64,000 nucleotides of DNA, taken from assembly GCA_951406725.2 (NCBI GenBank), contig OX597817.1, forward strand, positions 128,712,001-128,776,000. Direction: 5' to 3'. Positions 61,808-64,000 of the stretch are shown one piece after another. The notes under the pieces were generated by a model. That model was not told the origin of the DNA, did not search any database, and saw only the letters and a program-made list of their open reading frames with translations. The stretch comes from Octopus vulgaris. Lineage: Eukaryota. The first letter of the stretch is position 1. Each line of letters opens with the position of its first letter. The translations under genes were made by a program, and so were the position numbers.

Positions 61808-62148
61808 TGTTTACACCTGAAGATCACTGTTATGTGAAACACCAGTCCTGCATGTGTGTGTGTGCGTGATTGACAGATTGATGTGAAACGAAGAACAAAC
61901 ACCTAGGAACAAACAGGTAGGCATATAACAAGATGGAGTTTTAAAATGAAAGGAAAGAGACGATAAGACAAAGATGACATTAGAAAGGTTCATGTTATTT
62001 TTGTTAATTAGTCTCTAGTACGCAGCCTTGATTAGTGCGTTCCAGTTGTGACCATCCCATCTTTTTGTATACCCAGAGAATACATTGCGCAATGTGTCTT
62101 TGTTTATTAATGCATGTATGTATGTATGTATGTATGTATGTATGTATG

Positions 62149-62177
<29 letters not shown>

Positions 62178-62179
<2 letters not shown>

Positions 62180-62520
62180 GCTAAGTTGAACTGTCTAAAG
62201 TCGTAAGACACCCGCTGTTTTTGTCCTGTTATTACTATTATTGTTTTTTGTATTTATATTCGTGTGGCATCGTCCGTTTTTCTGTCCTTGTTTCGTATAC
62301 ATTCGATCCTTTTTGCAAGAAATCTAATGCTCGTAGCTTAGTTTTTCCTTGGGGCTGGCCGGATTGGAGCGATCTCAAGATTAATCAGCCGAAATTGCGA
62401 GGATTATCCGGTTCTTGACTGAAGATTAGAGGCTTCGAATGACCCGTCCGTTTTTTGTGTCGTCTATTTGAGTGTTTTGCGTTCTTGTCCCATTTTGTAT
62501 TTTTATATATATTTTTATAC
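62178..62520. mobile_element. Unclassified ~340-bp interspersed element embedded in (TATG)n
   Basis: T-rich ends, GC-richer core and an internal direct repeat CGTCCGTTTTT (about 62271 and 62445). (TATG)n on both sides. Confidence 0.4.
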
Positions 62521-62551
<31 letters not shown>

Positions 62552-62799
62552 TGTATGTATGTATGTATGTATGTATGTATGTATGTATGTATATATGTAT
62601 GAGTGCGCATGCTTATGCATGTTTGATGGGTGGTAAGGTGCCTGCTAGGTTAACACGCTCATCTATAGAGAGAAAGGTAACCTATTGTACATGTGACTAG
62701 TGACACACAGACACACTCTCACACAATATTACTCTCCCACTCCTGTCCGCTTGTTTTCTTTTACCTTGGGGTAATACCAGTCAGCGAGGGAGCTTTTAC

Positions 62800-63290
62800 C
62801 GGGTTACTCGATTTACTAGAAATAACAGTCAAATCTCCCTCAAATCCTACACCAGCATCTTTAAAAAAAGTACTTTCAGTAATGAGATATTGGGACCTGG
62901 CATATGAATAAAACGACAGGATGGTCATTGCTATAATGTCTTTGGTTATAAGGGGTGCTGAGTAAGGGCTAAATACAATATAACCAGCCATCGAAGAAAC
63001 TTCTTTATCACCACTCGACCAGCTAGAAATAGCAACTAAATACATCTCTGAAATCTTCACCACGACATATGAATTACACAATTTCGAACTAGCGACCGAA
63101 CCTGTATGTGGCTATCGCTTTTGCGATAAATAACAATCAAAACCACACCCAGTTGTCATAAAAACAGGACATGTATTTTGATAATGTAGTTGTTTCCCGC
63201 TCGTAGGAAATATATGTGAGAGTCACGGTCGGAATGCTTTTGATCATAGGACTGCTTTATGAAGGTTGGACTTAGGTTAAACAACATCCA
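62800..63290 (+). mobile_element. Two tandem fragments of another SINE-like family (family D)
   Basis: ACTCGA...CTAGAAATA.CA..AAAT...CAAATC...GGTCA.GGCTGGAATG.CTTTG...GGGCTAAA pattern at about 62805-62980 and 63012-63290. Related pieces lie at about 31830-31980 (+), and 17720-17900 and 61960-62100 (-). Confidence 0.55.
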
Positions 63291-63904
63291 ACTCCAACTA
63301 AGTTCTTCACTCGGCTATTCAGTAGCTGTCACAAGACATGTTCATTTGCTGTATGTATCTGATTGCGTGTATGTACATGTGTGGGTATATATATATGTGT
63401 GTGTATGTGTGTGTGTGTGTATGCGGATGTATGTCTGTGCTGTCTACAGTGTCATCGTCATCGTCATCGTGTTCATTGTCGTTATCGCTTTGTTGTCATA
63501 GTTATTTATATTAGTCGCTTTTCAATGAAATTAGAACGCTGTAAGCCCCAAAACTTTGAATCAACGTATTTCATGCGTTCTAATTGTGTTGTGAGTGAAT
63601 GTATTATTGCTGTTGTCGTTATGGATAAATACATGCGTAAGAAATAAAACTTCAAAATCACGAAGCCGCGAGTTCGATTCAAATGCTGGTCAGCTTGGCC
63701 GAGTCTCTTCTGGTTTAGTTTCGGGTCGATTCCAAAACAGTTTCGAAGATTATTTTGCAAGCACGAAAAGCGCTGCGATAGCTCGTCAAATGGATTCTAT
63801 GTATAATTGAAAGGTCAAATCCTGCAACACACTTTAATTCCACCGATTTGATTGAAGAGATTACATCAAAGGTAGAGTTAACTGCGGAATACCCAGCCAC
63901 TTCA

Positions 63905-63911
63905 TGTGTGT

Positions 63912-63967
<56 letters not shown>
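63905..63967. repeat. (TG)n microsatellite
   Basis: Direct reading. Confidence 0.97.
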
Positions 63968-63968
<1 letters not shown>

Positions 63969-64000
63969 GCTTGTGTTTGTATGCGTGTTGTTTAGCCGTC

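Noticed and set aside
61812-61852. CTGAAGA-tcactgttatgt-GAAACACCAGTC motif beside (TA)n
   Set aside because: Stem I does not pair and stem II is only 2 bp.
62415-62450. CTGAAGA...GAATGAC motif
   Set aside because: The GAAA box is incomplete and there is no stem I.

Overview
Eukaryotic, AT-rich, repeat-saturated genomic DNA with no convincing host protein-coding gene, rRNA, true tRNA or CRISPR array. Nearly all ORFs in the track are translations of microsatellites or SINEs. The repeat repertoire resembles an octopus (coleoid cephalopod) intron or intergenic region; this is an inference from repeat style, not a database match. It includes several tRNA-headed SINE families, (TAA)n-targeting R4/Dong-like RLE retrotransposons, CR1 and RTE remnants, Penelope-like remnants, Tc1/mariner fossils, a hAT MITE and a Helitron end. 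The best-preserved coding relic is a 5'-truncated Dong/R4-like LINE (26920-28564) with a single frameshift. Most interesting observations: (1) a ~300-bp, highly structured, direct-repeat-flanked element with an internal type I hammerhead ribozyme, a retrozyme candidate (41728-42029); (2) further hammerhead motifs, including one with an apparent G3:C8 core covariation that can only be rebuilt from the two arms of an inverted repeat (24049-24312); (3) a ~30-unit minisatellite built from the end of an (AAT)n-embedded non-coding element (5717-6375); (4) a near-perfect 100-bp hairpin (21294-21507). Boundaries of degenerate elements are approximate, read by eye.
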